A stretch of 45,814 nt of DNA from Planctomycetaceae bacterium (GCA_031402175.1 JANNSB010000507.1:1-45814); one strand, 5' to 3'. Shown: positions 17,652 to 30,220, counted from the stretch's first letter. Numbers and translations are program-made. The notes: generated by a model from the letters alone, not told the origin.

Positions 17652-18563
17652 TTATCTCGCTCCGCCCGGCAGCGAGACAGCGGACTGTGCACTCGCCGGC
17701 AAATGCATTCGCGGTGAAATCGGCAGCCTGCGCGAGTCGCGAATCCGCAGCTTCGACTGGGGTGGCACAAGCTGGAGTCGCACCGCCAGTTCGTGGAACA
17801 ATTGCAGCCCGCTTTGTTCCGCAGGGCCCAATCGGAACTGAAGATTATCCTTTAGATAGGAGGCTGCGTCGGCAGTCGAGAGACCCAGCAGAGAGGCCTC
17901 CCGCGCCGCGATATCATCGAGCCGGCTGACGCCCAAATCCCTCGCTGCCGCCAACAGTTCGGGAATGTCGTGGAGCAGGGAGTCGCGTCTGGTCACCCAC
18001 ATGGCGAAGACGAATGGCAGACCAGTCCAATCGAGCCACTCCTGCCCCAAATCCCAGATCGTGTGAAAACTCTCTGTGGGAGGCTGAATCGCGCGGTCGC
18101 CGATCAACAAGATCGCGTCGGCGTCGGTATCGCCGATTGCGGCTGCCAAAGGAAGCCCCGGTAACTCTGGAAAGACGCCATATCGCTCGGCGAGCATAAT
18201 CCGCGACAATACTGCACTGGTGCGCGACCCTTCATCGAGCGCGAGGCGCCGGACGCTACCCGGATGGACGCGGAAATAGAGTTTGACGCTTCGTACGGGA
18301 CCGCGTGTCGCGACGCAGGCATCCGAAACGACTTCGTAATTGGGATCGCCGAACAGTTCGACGGAGGGGATCAAGCCAACGTCGAGGCGTCCCTGTGCCA
18401 GGTCGTCGGCCAGGCGGCTGGGAACATCGAGGATGAGATCCGCTCCCGGCGCAAGCTCTCTCAAGCCTTCGATGAGAGGTTTGCTGTTGAGATAACTGAC
18501 GGCTCCGATGCGGGGTCGAGAGCCATCCCCATCCCTGGCCGGGGCTCGTGTATGGTCGATCAT
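17652..18563 (-). CDS. mqnA: Chorismate dehydratase MqnA (futalosine pathway of menaquinone biosynthesis)
   Basis: The N-terminal RIGAVSYLNSKPLIEGL signature of MqnA/VitK2-biosynthesis periplasmic-binding-fold proteins, plus FVFAMWV in the C-terminal half. Confidence 0.75.
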   Translation of the reverse strand: MIDHTRAPARDGDGSRPRIGAVSYLNSKPLIEGLRELAPGADLILDVPSRLADDLAQGRLDVGLIPSVELFGDPNYEVVSDACVATRGPVRSVKLYFRVHPGSVRRLALDEGSRTSAVLSRIMLAERYGVFPELPGLPLAAAIGDTDADAILLIGDRAIQPPTESFHTIWDLGQEWLDWTGLPFVFAMWVTRRDSLLHDIPELLAAARDLGVSRLDDIAAREASLLGLSTADAASYLKDNLQFRLGPAEQSGLQLFHELAVRLQLVPPQSKLRIRDSRRLPISPRMHLPASAQSAVSLPGGAR

Positions 18564-18679
18564 GGCGTCATCCAGAGGCCAGATTCTATACTCGTCGGAG
18601 GATCAGGGCAATTATGCTCTCTAAGCGGCGAACGCCTCTTCCCGTCGGCGGGAACGCGAAGCAGCGATCGCGATGCGCA

Positions 18680-19507
18680 TCAATCGCGCGCGACATGCAC
18701 CGGGTCGATCCGGCGCAGACTCTTGAGCTGCACGATCAACAAGGCTTGCGACGGGTAGTCATCGCCGCCGCCATGAAAGAAGTGGCTGCCCAGGCTGGGC
18801 AACGGACCGGCGGCCGGCCCGACGACCACGGTTTCGCCGACATTCAGATCGAGCGTGAATTCGTAGTCATAGAGTGGGATGATGCCCTGCGATTCCTGAA
18901 TCCCAAGCCTCAACTCGCCGGCGACATACCGTCCGATGGACGCTCCATGGTGAATCTCGGGTACGAACGTCAGAGTGGCCCACCCCTCTTGAGTCGTCTC
19001 GGCCTTGATGCGCATCATGCAACGCGCGTTTTGCAGTTCTCGCGTTTCGCCATTGATTTCCACGCTACATCCATCGGGATAGGACCAGGTCTCCAGCAAG
19101 GTTTCCCCACCCGACTCGACGGTGGGGTGCTTGAAGTACGTATCCTGGTGGCTGAGAGTCTCATACCGCTCGTCGATGAGCGCGGTGAGAGACTCCGGCG
19201 GCCTCGTTCCCGCGATGCCGTAACGAATGCCGGCCTTCATCAGCCGATCGCGGCGGAGCATGTCCGAACAGGAGATTTGATTCAGTCGCGACCAGAGTGA
19301 ATCGCCCAGGCTGGGGTCGGCGACGGGACGGCGTACCCAGGCAATCTGTAATTCGATTCCCTCACGGGAGGGGACCACAGGAGACAGCGTGATCCCGTTC
19401 TGCGGACCGGCAGGCACCTTGTCCAAGATCCTGCAGCCCGGCAGCGTTCGCCAGCAGGCCAGGCCGACCACCACGAGCGCGAGGTGTTTGTTGATGGAAC
19501 GGGTCAT
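18680..19507 (-). CDS. Lipoprotein of unknown function
   Basis: MTRSINKHLALVVVGLACWRTLPGC: signal peptide plus a lipobox-like LPGC. I recognise no family signature. Confidence 0.6.
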   Translation of the reverse strand: MTRSINKHLALVVVGLACWRTLPGCRILDKVPAGPQNGITLSPVVPSREGIELQIAWVRRPVADPSLGDSLWSRLNQISCSDMLRRDRLMKAGIRYGIAGTRPPESLTALIDERYETLSHQDTYFKHPTVESGGETLLETWSYPDGCSVEINGETRELQNARCMMRIKAETTQEGWATLTFVPEIHHGASIGRYVAGELRLGIQESQGIIPLYDYEFTLDLNVGETVVVGPAAGPLPSLGSHFFHGGGDDYPSQALLIVQLKSLRRIDPVHVARD

Positions 19508-19693
19508 GGGGAGGCCGTCGGGCAGTGGCAGCGCAGCGCGAACCGTTTGCGCAATTCAGGGCGGCATCTTGTATGCCCGCCGCCGGTCACGAGCAATTCC
19601 GAGCGGGTCAATTCGCGAGACAACGGCAACAGATGCCGAAAGGGTCGGCAATGGTGACGGCGTTCGCTTCCTGTCGACAACAGGCTGCGTGGG

Positions 19694-21394
19694 TCAAGGT
19701 TCGAGCGTAACGCCCAGTTCCTCCAGGTTTTCCACCTGCAAGAGTTCCGCGATGTCGATCAGGGCGTCCCACTGCTCTTGCAGCGCGGCGAGATAGTCGT
19801 CGATGCCACCGGCCAGCGTCTGCTGGGCGACGACGATTTCGGCGAAATCCGATGGCTCTCCCGCGACCCGATAACGGTCGGCAACACCGCGGAAGACTCG
19901 CACCAGATCCGGCAGAATCTGATCCCGATAGGTCGCCGAGATTTCCACGTTCGCCAGATACTGCTGATGGGCCTTCGCGAGTTCTCCCAGCAGTTGCCGG
20001 TATACATTGTCCCGCTCGGCTCTGGACTGCGACAACCGTGCCTCGGCGGCGGACAGGTTTCCCTGATTCTGATCGATGATCGGAATCGGCATTGCCAGGT
20101 ACAAGTTGAACGAGAGATGGTTGATGGGCGTCGTGTCGTCGTGCTGCAGCACCGCGGCGACATCGAGGTTGGGCACGACGAGGTTGTCCTGCAGGACAAC
20201 ATCGGTGGCGGCGCGGGAGATTTCGATCTCGGCAATCGACAGGTCGGTATGCCGGCCGAGCATCTGACTGACGAGCGTGGCTTCCTCGAGTGACAGGGGT
20301 ACACCGGAAAGCTCACCGACCAGTATGCCCCGCGGCAGGTAAGGTTGTCCGGCGGCGGCAGCCAGTTGCTTCCAGGCCGACTCTGCGTCGCGGTCGGCCT
20401 GCAGCTTCTGCGTTTCGAGTTGCAGGGCGATGGCACGCAGCGACAGCGGTTCGTGCGGGGCGGCTTCGCGGATCTGCACGAGTTCGATCTGTGTCTGATA
20501 CGCCTCCGTGGCCAGTCCGGCCATCGTTCCCAAAAGTTCCGATCGGAGTTCGGCGAGTAAAGCGTGAACATACAGCCGGCGAACATTCGTCAGCACTTCA
20601 ATTCGCTGGCGGCGATACTTCTGCTCCGCGCTCCGCACGTCGAAGCCCTCGACCGATTCGGCCAGTCCCAGCTTGTTCGCGGTGATGAATGTCTGTGAAA
20701 CAGCGACGCCGTTGTAGCCCGCCGTTCCGCCGGTTCCGATCGTGTCTCCCTGATATCCGACGGTCGGGTTCGGCCCGAGTCCGGCCTGGAGGGCTTCCCC
20801 CCGTGCGATCTCCACGTCGGCCCACGCCAGGCGGAGCGCCGGATGGTCGTTCATCGCAATCGCTTCGAGATCCGGGAGAGTCCATGTCGGCACATTTTCC
20901 GTGGGGGCCTGTATGGAGGACAGCGAGGGAATCGGTGTATACCGTTCGCTCACCTGCCGCCGCCACTCGTCGGGGAGCTGCGTGGGATCGAAGGGAGGCA
21001 ACGTGATGGGCGGCGCATCCGAACCGGGAATCACCGACGGAATGACCGTTCCGGTGGGAACCTGCGGTGCGGGAGCCGGTTCCGGCTCGTCCCAGAAACT
21101 CACAGGATGGACGGGGAGAGCGGCTGCCATTGGCGGTGGCGGTGGCGAAACCTCGGCCAAATGTGAATCTGTTTCGTCAACTACCTCTGCGGCTGCACTG
21201 CTGTCGGTTGTCTCACTCGCCAATGTTTCCGAAATGTCGGCTGTCGGTGCGATCAGAGGTCGTGCACCGCGTGCACTCGGTCGCCACACAAGTTCGGAGA
21301 GCCGATCTTCGGTCGACGGCGATTGACACCCGGCTGCGAGCAACAGGAGTGCGACTGCGAGGAGTGGTCTGTGATGGATTCGCATTGGCTTCAT
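19694..21394 (-). CDS. TolC-family outer-membrane efflux protein (lipoprotein type) with a Pro-rich N-terminal linker
   Basis: I place the start at ATG 21394 (MKPMRIHHRPLLAVALLLLAAGC lipobox). OEP signature: WTLPDLEAIAMNDHPALRLAWADVEIARGEALQAGLGPNPTVGYQGD. Two OEP-like helical repeats. Confidence 0.8.
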   Translation of the reverse strand: MKPMRIHHRPLLAVALLLLAAGCQSPSTEDRLSELVWRPSARGARPLIAPTADISETLASETTDSSAAAEVVDETDSHLAEVSPPPPPMAAALPVHPVSFWDEPEPAPAPQVPTGTVIPSVIPGSDAPPITLPPFDPTQLPDEWRRQVSERYTPIPSLSSIQAPTENVPTWTLPDLEAIAMNDHPALRLAWADVEIARGEALQAGLGPNPTVGYQGDTIGTGGTAGYNGVAVSQTFITANKLGLAESVEGFDVRSAEQKYRRQRIEVLTNVRRLYVHALLAELRSELLGTMAGLATEAYQTQIELVQIREAAPHEPLSLRAIALQLETQKLQADRDAESAWKQLAAAAGQPYLPRGILVGELSGVPLSLEEATLVSQMLGRHTDLSIAEIEISRAATDVVLQDNLVVPNLDVAAVLQHDDTTPINHLSFNLYLAMPIPIIDQNQGNLSAAEARLSQSRAERDNVYRQLLGELAKAHQQYLANVEISATYRDQILPDLVRVFRGVADRYRVAGEPSDFAEIVVAQQTLAGGIDDYLAALQEQWDALIDIAELLQVENLEELGVTLEP

Positions 21395-21626
21395 GGAAAT
21401 CCGTGGCGGTGAAGTGACGACAGGGCGAACCGAGTCCGCCGACTCTTCCTTGATTCGGTTGTCGCTGCCGTCACGATCGTGCGGGAAGGTGGGATACCAA
21501 CGCATCTTCCGGGAGTGACCGCTGTAGCGAGTCGCAGTCCGAACGCTCGGCACAATCCCCCCATCCGCTATTGCCCATCCAAATGTCACTGCACATACTA
21601 AATGCGGCCTTTCCCGGCCGGACTGT

Positions 21627-22232
21627 ATGCCCCATCGATACAATCATTACGATCAGGCGTTCGCCGCCTACCTCCGGCACCATCGCCGCCCCTGCGTGGC
21701 GGTCGACGAATCGCGCCGGGCGCTCGCTGCCTCCGCGTCTCTCAAGTCCCCCGACTTCGTCGTCTCCGCCGGTCCCGGCGATCAATGGCTGATCGACGTC
21801 AAGGGGCGCAAGTTCCCCACCGGGGGGACGCCCGGAGGACACCTGTGGGAAAACTGGGTCACGCGCGACGACATCGAGAGTCTCCTCTCCTGGGAGACGG
21901 CTTTCGGCGGTCAGTTTCGCGGTTTACTGGTCTTCGCCTACGAACTGTTGACCGACGGCATGGCGGAGCTGCACGATGACGTTTGGAACCACCGTGGCAA
22001 GAAGTACGCCTTCTACTCCGTGGCGGCGCGTGACTACGCCGGTGTGATGCGTCCGCGGTCCGCCAGTTGGGAGACGGTCTCGCTCCCCGCGGCCCAGTTC
22101 CGACGACTGCGAGTTCCCTTGGGGAGAATGCTGGCGGATGGACATACGTCTGATGCCATTCCTGCGACGCTGATCGCAGGGAATCGAGAAGCCCTGGCGA
22201 ATCGCCCGACGATGACGCCTGCCGATGCCTGA
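21627..22232 (+). CDS. HYExAFE-type protein with a PD-(D/E)xK nuclease-like core
   Basis: N-terminal YNHYDQAFAAYL matches the HYExAFE family motif as I remember it. SPDFVV...(12 aa)...WLIDVKGRKF fits a PD...(D/E)xK signature. The stop overlaps the next gene by 8 nt. Confidence 0.6.
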   Translation: MPHRYNHYDQAFAAYLRHHRRPCVAVDESRRALAASASLKSPDFVVSAGPGDQWLIDVKGRKFPTGGTPGGHLWENWVTRDDIESLLSWETAFGGQFRGLLVFAYELLTDGMAELHDDVWNHRGKKYAFYSVAARDYAGVMRPRSASWETVSLPAAQFRRLRVPLGRMLADGHTSDAIPATLIAGNREALANRPTMTPADA

Positions 22233-23418
22233 GACCGCCGCACTTCCCGCTGCCTTGGGTGGTCAGCCCATTCGTCCAAACGGCCCGCCCGACTGGCCGG
22301 GGCGTCGTGCCGACGTGATCGAACATCTGCAGCCGCTGCTGGAAGCTGGGGACTGGGGCAAGTATCACGGGCCGCACGGCCCTGCGCTGATCGAGGTGCT
22401 GCAGCAGCGATTCAATTGCCCCGAAGTAACGCTCTGTTCCAGCGGAACCGCGGCCGTCGAACTTGCGCTGCGGGCCTGCCGTCTGCAGCCCGGCGACGAA
22501 GTCCTGCTCGCCGGATACGACTTTCTCGCCAACTTTCGCAACGTGCTGCTCGTCGGCGCGACGCCGCTGCTGGTCGACATCCGCGGCGATGATGGACAGC
22601 TCGATATTGATCTGGCCATGCGCGCCATCACGCCGCGCACTAAGGTCATCATCGCGTCGCATCTGCATGGAGGCTGCGTCGACATGCCGCGACTGATACA
22701 CGAGGCGCAGGCCCGCGACATCACCGTCATTGAAGATGCCTGTCAGGCCACGGGCGGTACGCTCCAGGGCCAGCCGCTGGGCGCGTGGGGAGCTGTGGCG
22801 GTGCTCAGTTTCGGCGGCAGCAAACTTCTCTCGGCTGGTCGCGGCGGCGCGGTGCTGTCGTATCGTCCCGAACTGGCGCAGCGGATCAAGCTCTATCAGC
22901 AGCGCGGCAACGAGGCCTATCCGCTGTCGGAACTGCAGGCGGCGGTGCTCATGCCGCAACTCGCCCGGCTGGATGAACTGCACCAGCGCCGCGCCGCATG
23001 GGTCGCTGCATGCCTGTCGCGCCTCGCCGCCGAAGACGGACTCCAAATCTGGGCCGGCCCGAGCGGACAGAGTTCACCCGCCTATTACAAGGTCGGCCTC
23101 TGGTATGAAGCTGGTGCATACCAAGGTCTGAGCCGCGACCAATTCGCCGCGGCGATACGGGCCGAGGGGTTCGCCGTCTATCCGGGGTTTCGCGCGCTCC
23201 ATCGTTGCCACGCGCGGGGACGGTATCAGTCGCCGGGGCGGCTCGTGCAGTCCGAGCGGGCCGACGAATCGCTGCTGGTGCTGCATCATCCGCTGCTGCT
23301 GGAAGAACTCGACACGGTCGATCAATTTCTCTCAGCGCTCCGTAAACTGCGGCAGCATGCCCCAGCCTTGCGGGACGCGCCGACTTTGGCCAACCTGAAC
23401 GACATTCATGCACACTGA
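22225..23418 (+). CDS. DegT/DnrJ/EryC1/StrS-family PLP-dependent aminotransferase
   Basis: TLCSSGTAAVELALRA, IIASHLHGG, VIEDACQATG and the PLP-lysine context LSFGGSKLLSAGRGGAV. Confidence 0.8.
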   Translation: MPETAALPAALGGQPIRPNGPPDWPGRRADVIEHLQPLLEAGDWGKYHGPHGPALIEVLQQRFNCPEVTLCSSGTAAVELALRACRLQPGDEVLLAGYDFLANFRNVLLVGATPLLVDIRGDDGQLDIDLAMRAITPRTKVIIASHLHGGCVDMPRLIHEAQARDITVIEDACQATGGTLQGQPLGAWGAVAVLSFGGSKLLSAGRGGAVLSYRPELAQRIKLYQQRGNEAYPLSELQAAVLMPQLARLDELHQRRAAWVAACLSRLAAEDGLQIWAGPSGQSSPAYYKVGLWYEAGAYQGLSRDQFAAAIRAEGFAVYPGFRALHRCHARGRYQSPGRLVQSERADESLLVLHHPLLLEELDTVDQFLSALRKLRQHAPALRDAPTLANLNDIHAH

Positions 23419-23857
23419 ACCTGCCACCCATTGGCTGCAGCGCGAGATCCCGCTCGCTCCACGCTCCCGCGGCTTCAACCTTGTCACGAGCGACATCCTC
23501 GAACGCCTGCCCGAACTGCAGTACTGCCGAACGGGCCTGCTGCATCTGTTTCTGCTGCACACGTCGGCATCGCTCACCATCAACGAGAATGCCGACCCTG
23601 ATGTGCCGGCCGACCTCGAGTCGAGCTTCAATGCGATTGCCCCCGAGGACTTTCCCTACAGGCACACCTGTGAAGGACCGGACGACATGCCGGCCCATGT
23701 GAAGGCGGCGATGCTCGGCTGCTCGGTCACGATCCCGATCCGCGACGGCCGGCTCGTGCTCGGCATCTGGCAAGGCATCTACCTCTGCGAACACCGCAAT
23801 CGCGCCGGCTCGAGGAAGATCGTGGCGACGCTGCACGGGGAATGGGCGAGAGGCTAG
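23408..23857 (+). CDS. yjbQ: YjbQ/UPF0047 family protein (secondary thiamine-phosphate synthase-like)
   Basis: HTSASLTINENADPDVPADL...HTCEGPDDMPAHVKAAMLG...LVLGIWQGIYLCEHR is the family signature. Its start overlaps the DegT-like stop by 11 nt. Confidence 0.85.
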   Translation: MHTEPATHWLQREIPLAPRSRGFNLVTSDILERLPELQYCRTGLLHLFLLHTSASLTINENADPDVPADLESSFNAIAPEDFPYRHTCEGPDDMPAHVKAAMLGCSVTIPIRDGRLVLGIWQGIYLCEHRNRAGSRKIVATLHGEWARG

Positions 23858-23865
23858 CCGCTCGA

Positions 23866-24018
23866 TCACTGCGTCTTGAGGGCCTGCACCTGTCGGCGGA
23901 ACCGCGTCGCTCGAAACGTGAAACGCTGCTTCTTCGCGGCGCTGCCGGCGACGTTCGCGAGCCGTTCGTACTTTTCGGCCAGTCGAGTCTTGACGGCGAT
24001 CTTGTTTTCGTCGGCCAT
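23866..24018 (-). CDS. 50-aa highly basic helical protein (not in the ORF track)
   Basis: My translation is MADENKIAVKTRLAEKYERLANVAGSAAKKQRFTFRATRFRRQVQALKTQ. ATG at 24016-24018, TGA at 23866-23868. Strong G/C preference at third positions. Convergent with yjbQ, 8 nt apart. Confidence 0.45.
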   Translation of the reverse strand: MADENKIAVKTRLAEKYERLANVAGSAAKKQRFTFRATRFRRQVQALKTQ

Positions 24019-24094
24019 AATGATCTGTGAGTGTATGGACTTCGTTTAGGATTCAAGGGGCGGGATCGTAACACGCCGGCGAATCGAGTTCAAT

Positions 24095-24120
24095 CCGCCC
24101 TGCACGAGGGTGCAGGGCGG
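24095..24120 (-). terminator. Stem-loop downstream of the prenyltransferase-repeat gene
   Basis: Perfect 11-bp stem CCGCCCTGCAC / GTGCAGGGCGG with a 4-nt loop, 35 nt after the stop at 24155. No clear T-tract. Confidence 0.4.
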
Positions 24121-24154
24121 ACGGGAATCGGATGCGGTCCAGATCGGCTCGCGA

Positions 24155-25288
24155 TCATTCCGCCGGTTCTGGAGGTTCGCAGAATGAAAGTGCCAGGAGG
24201 GCATAGCCTGTGACGAGATTGGGATCCCCTTCCATCCAGCGGTCGGTGGTGTTCAGCCAGCTTCCATCGGACTGCTGGAGCGAAAACAGATGATCGGCCA
24301 GTTCCTTGCGCCAGTCGTGGTCGGTCCCATCGGCATCTGTAATCGTCTCGTAGCCCGCGACCGACAGCGCCTTGGCAAACGTGTGGTAATAGTAAAACAG
24401 CCCTTGCTGCCCGAGACCCGGGTTCTCCTCGAGTGTGTAGAACTGCTTGATCCAGTTGGTGGCAGCCGCCACGCGGGGATCTTCGGGAGTGAGACCGGCG
24501 TGAATCATGCTCTTGAGGCCCGCATAGGTCATGCTGGCGTATGACCGCAACCCGCCGTCGGGATTGGTTCCGGCCTGAGACGTGCCGCCCGCGGCGGGGG
24601 TGTAGTAGAACCCGCCGTCGTTGACGAGGCTCGCGAACGGCGTCGTGTTGTGTTCGGACTCCAGATTCTGCGCGCGAGACACGAACGTGAGGGCGTTTTG
24701 AATCGCCGGATCGTCCTGAGGCACGCCGGCCTCGATCAACGCGTCGATGAAGAACTGAGTGTTCGACATGTCGGGGCGCTCGTGTGATCCATATCCCGCG
24801 CCGCCATAGAACGGGTCGGAGGGATCGATGCCTTCGCCAGCATCCCACTGCAATCCCTTGAGGAACGCGACTGCATGCTCCAGTGTTTCGTTGTAACGGC
24901 CGTCTTCATTCGCGGCCTCGAACGCCAGGACGGTGATCGCCGTCTCGTAATTCTTGTGCTTCGAATCGGGATGATAGACGCCGCCGTCCTCCTGGACATA
25001 GCTTTCGAGGAATCTCATGGCGCGGGCGATCGTCGGATCGTCGGCGGTCAATCCGCTTTCCAGCAGCGAAGTCGTGACCAGGCCGGTGACTCCGATCTGA
25101 GTCGGCGCGGTCCAACTGCCATCTTCCGCTTGAGTCGTGCGCAGATATGCGACAGCGCGCTCAATCGAATCGTGATAAGCGTCACGATCCGGGCCGAAAT
25201 TCTGGCCCAGATCGTCGGCCTGTCCAGGGGTTGCGCATGCCAATGCCGCCAGGAAAGCCAACGAACAACACATGGTTTTCAATTGCAT
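24155..25288 (-). CDS. Secreted prenyltransferase/squalene-oxidase (terpenoid-cyclase-like) repeat protein
   Basis: Signal peptide: [26 protein letters not shown]. Repeats: [51 protein letters not shown]. Confidence 0.75.
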   Translation of the reverse strand: MQLKTMCCSLAFLAALACATPGQADDLGQNFGPDRDAYHDSIERAVAYLRTTQAEDGSWTAPTQIGVTGLVTTSLLESGLTADDPTIARAMRFLESYVQEDGGVYHPDSKHKNYETAITVLAFEAANEDGRYNETLEHAVAFLKGLQWDAGEGIDPSDPFYGGAGYGSHERPDMSNTQFFIDALIEAGVPQDDPAIQNALTFVSRAQNLESEHNTTPFASLVNDGGFYYTPAAGGTSQAGTNPDGGLRSYASMTYAGLKSMIHAGLTPEDPRVAAATNWIKQFYTLEENPGLGQQGLFYYYHTFAKALSVAGYETITDADGTDHDWRKELADHLFSLQQSDGSWLNTTDRWMEGDPNLVTGYALLALSFCEPPEPAE

Positions 25289-25390
25289 TACTCACACCTT
25301 GGGTAGAAGGGTCACCTGGCAAGTGGCCGCTTTGATTCTACACGAACGCGGGTTGTGGTGAAGTCTGCTCCACAAAGACTCCGAATCACA

Positions 25391-28114
<2,724 letters not shown>

Positions 28115-28716
28115 CGATTGCTCCACCTTGAAAGTGCAAGTGTGGTAAGGGTTTATGCCAGCGGGTGCTATGGAGAGCGCTTCGTCCTGGTTGATGCACC
28201 GCGATCGTCACCGCTCGTGGCGGTTTCGAGCTTTAAACGCTAACGACCCACTGGCCAAACTTCAAGCGCACCGTCACTCGTCGCGGCAACGAATTGGCGG
28301 ATAAGCACTTGGTTCTCAAGCAAGGGAACGCAGCCGAAGTTTCATATTCGGCAACAATTCTGTGTCCTGATTCCCATCAGCAAGAGATCATCCGTTCTCG
28401 CATTCTTTACCACGTAGGTGATTGACGCTTCCAGTCGGCACTTCCATAATGGCATGCACGCAGCTTGATGAGCGCAGCCGTCAAGCGGCCCATTTCAAAC
28501 CCATTTCCATTGAAGTGACAAGGACGGTCGCTGGTCCGACTCAAGGAAACAGGATCCTTCGGCCCTCGAGTTGTTGAAGCGGGCAATTCTTTCAGCCGCT
28601 CGAATCCGCGGAATTTCCAATCTAACACCCAGCCGCATTATGCGGTCCATACTTTCGGGAACTTCCCTGGCGCAGGGATTTCGCGCCAAAGGACTCCCTA
28701 CAACACAGGACGAAAG

Positions 28717-29118
28717 ATGATTACTGCCGTGGTAGACACCCCCCCCACACACGTTGCCGGAGGTTTCCCGGACATCTCGCAGAAGCTGGAACAGGAGCTG
28801 ATCCAGGTCTTCAAGCTGCTTGCGGATGAAACCCGGCTGAGGATTCTCTTGTACTTGATGAAGGAAGGCGAACTGCACGTATCTGCACTCTGCGACCGTC
28901 TGGACCAGAGTCAGCCCGCCGTCAGCCATCACCTCGCCTTGCTGCGAGTGGCCGAGTTGCTCAATTGCCGGCGCGATGGCAAGCACAACTTCTATTCGGT
29001 CCGCAAGGATCACTTCCAGGGCATCGTCCGGGAACTGTTCGAGCGGATCTCTTCGGCGACCGATGGCAACGAAGTTCGCTTTGGCGACCTCGTCGTCAGC
29101 CAGGATGGACAGCCCTAG
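28717..29118 (+). CDS. ArsR/SmtB-family winged-helix transcriptional regulator
   Basis: LLADETRLRILLYLMKEGELHVSALCDRLDQSQPAVSHHLALLRVAELLNCRRDGKHNFYS is a canonical ArsR HTH. Confidence 0.88.
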   Translation: MITAVVDTPPTHVAGGFPDISQKLEQELIQVFKLLADETRLRILLYLMKEGELHVSALCDRLDQSQPAVSHHLALLRVAELLNCRRDGKHNFYSVRKDHFQGIVRELFERISSATDGNEVRFGDLVVSQDGQP

Positions 29119-29209
29119 TTCCTGGCCTGAGAATCTAAACATTGAGCCAAACGCCTCGGCAAACACCGGGGCGTTTTTGTTGCGCTTGCGCCGCCGGTAT
29201 CATCGGCAC

Positions 29210-30175
29210 ATGCCTGACTCATCCAAGTATTTGAAACTCGATCCAGAGGCCGCGGAGTATCTGCGGCAATGGGAAGAGTCGGGTGCGCCCGCGCTGCATG
29301 AGCTGTCGCCGACTGAAGCACGCAACCTCGTGCAAGCGCTTCCCGGTGAGCAGGAGGAGGTTGGTGAGGTGCGAAACCTGTTGCTCAGCGGCAACGCGGG
29401 GTCGGTCCCCGTGCGGCTCTATCGGCCTCAGGTGGTTCAAGGCGCGGCGAACGGACTGGCCCCGTGCGTCATCTTCTATCACGGCGGTGGTTGGGTCGTG
29501 GGATCGATCGACAGTCACGACGCTCTGTGTCGGCGGATTGCGAATGCTTCCGGTGCAGTCGTCGTCTCGATCGATTATCGACTGGCCTCCGAACACAAGT
29601 TCCCGGCCGCCGTCGACGACAGCGTGACTGCGGTGCATGAACTACGAAAGATGGCCGCTGAGCTGGCAATCGACGCGAATCGTTTCGCGGTGTGCGGTGA
29701 CAGCGCGGGGGGCAACCTGGCTGCCGTCGTGGCCATCTTGATGAGGGATGTGGGCTTCGATCTCGCGGCGCAGTTCCTGCTCTATCCGATCACGCATTAT
29801 TCGTATGACAGCGAGTCGTACCTGCGTTGCGGCGAGGGATACTTTCTGTCTCGCGCCACGATGGAGTGGTTCTGGAATCACTACCTGCCGGATGCTGATG
29901 CAGGTCGTGACTGGCGGGCGTCACCGTTGCTGGCACCCGATCTCTCAGGCGTCGCGCCGGCGTGGGTGATGACGACAGAGTTCGACCCTCTGCGGGATGA
30001 AGGCCTCGCATACTCGCAGCGATTGCGAGAGGCGGGCGTCCAGGTGACTGAACTCGAATGTCTCGGCATGATTCACGGCTTCGTCCGCCGCGTCGATCAA
30101 TTCAAGCAGGCCCGCCGAGTGGTGGATTGGATCGCTGATGGACTGCGAAATGCATTCCGGCACCGCTTGCAGTAA
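29210..30175 (+). CDS. Alpha/beta hydrolase, hormone-sensitive-lipase (family IV) esterase type
   Basis: I place the start at ATG 29210; the track extension overlaps arsR in another frame. Oxyanion HGGGW, nucleophile elbow GDSAGGNLA, acid DPLRDEG, His in IHGF. Confidence 0.85.
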   Translation: MPDSSKYLKLDPEAAEYLRQWEESGAPALHELSPTEARNLVQALPGEQEEVGEVRNLLLSGNAGSVPVRLYRPQVVQGAANGLAPCVIFYHGGGWVVGSIDSHDALCRRIANASGAVVVSIDYRLASEHKFPAAVDDSVTAVHELRKMAAELAIDANRFAVCGDSAGGNLAAVVAILMRDVGFDLAAQFLLYPITHYSYDSESYLRCGEGYFLSRATMEWFWNHYLPDADAGRDWRASPLLAPDLSGVAPAWVMTTEFDPLRDEGLAYSQRLREAGVQVTELECLGMIHGFVRRVDQFKQARRVVDWIADGLRNAFRHRLQ

Positions 30176-30220
30176 AGCGAAACTCGAATCCATGTAGCGT
30201 TTCCCAAAGTACGGGAGACA

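Noticed and set aside
21859-23869. Long minus-strand ORFs (21859-23046, 395 aa; 22949-23869, 306 aa)
   Set aside because: They are antisense to the DegT-like and YjbQ genes, which have clear family motifs. Both are extremely R/A/G/P-rich.
28495-29166. 223-aa minus-strand ORF
   Set aside because: It is antisense to the ArsR-family gene, whose HTH is canonical, and it extends into non-coding spacer.
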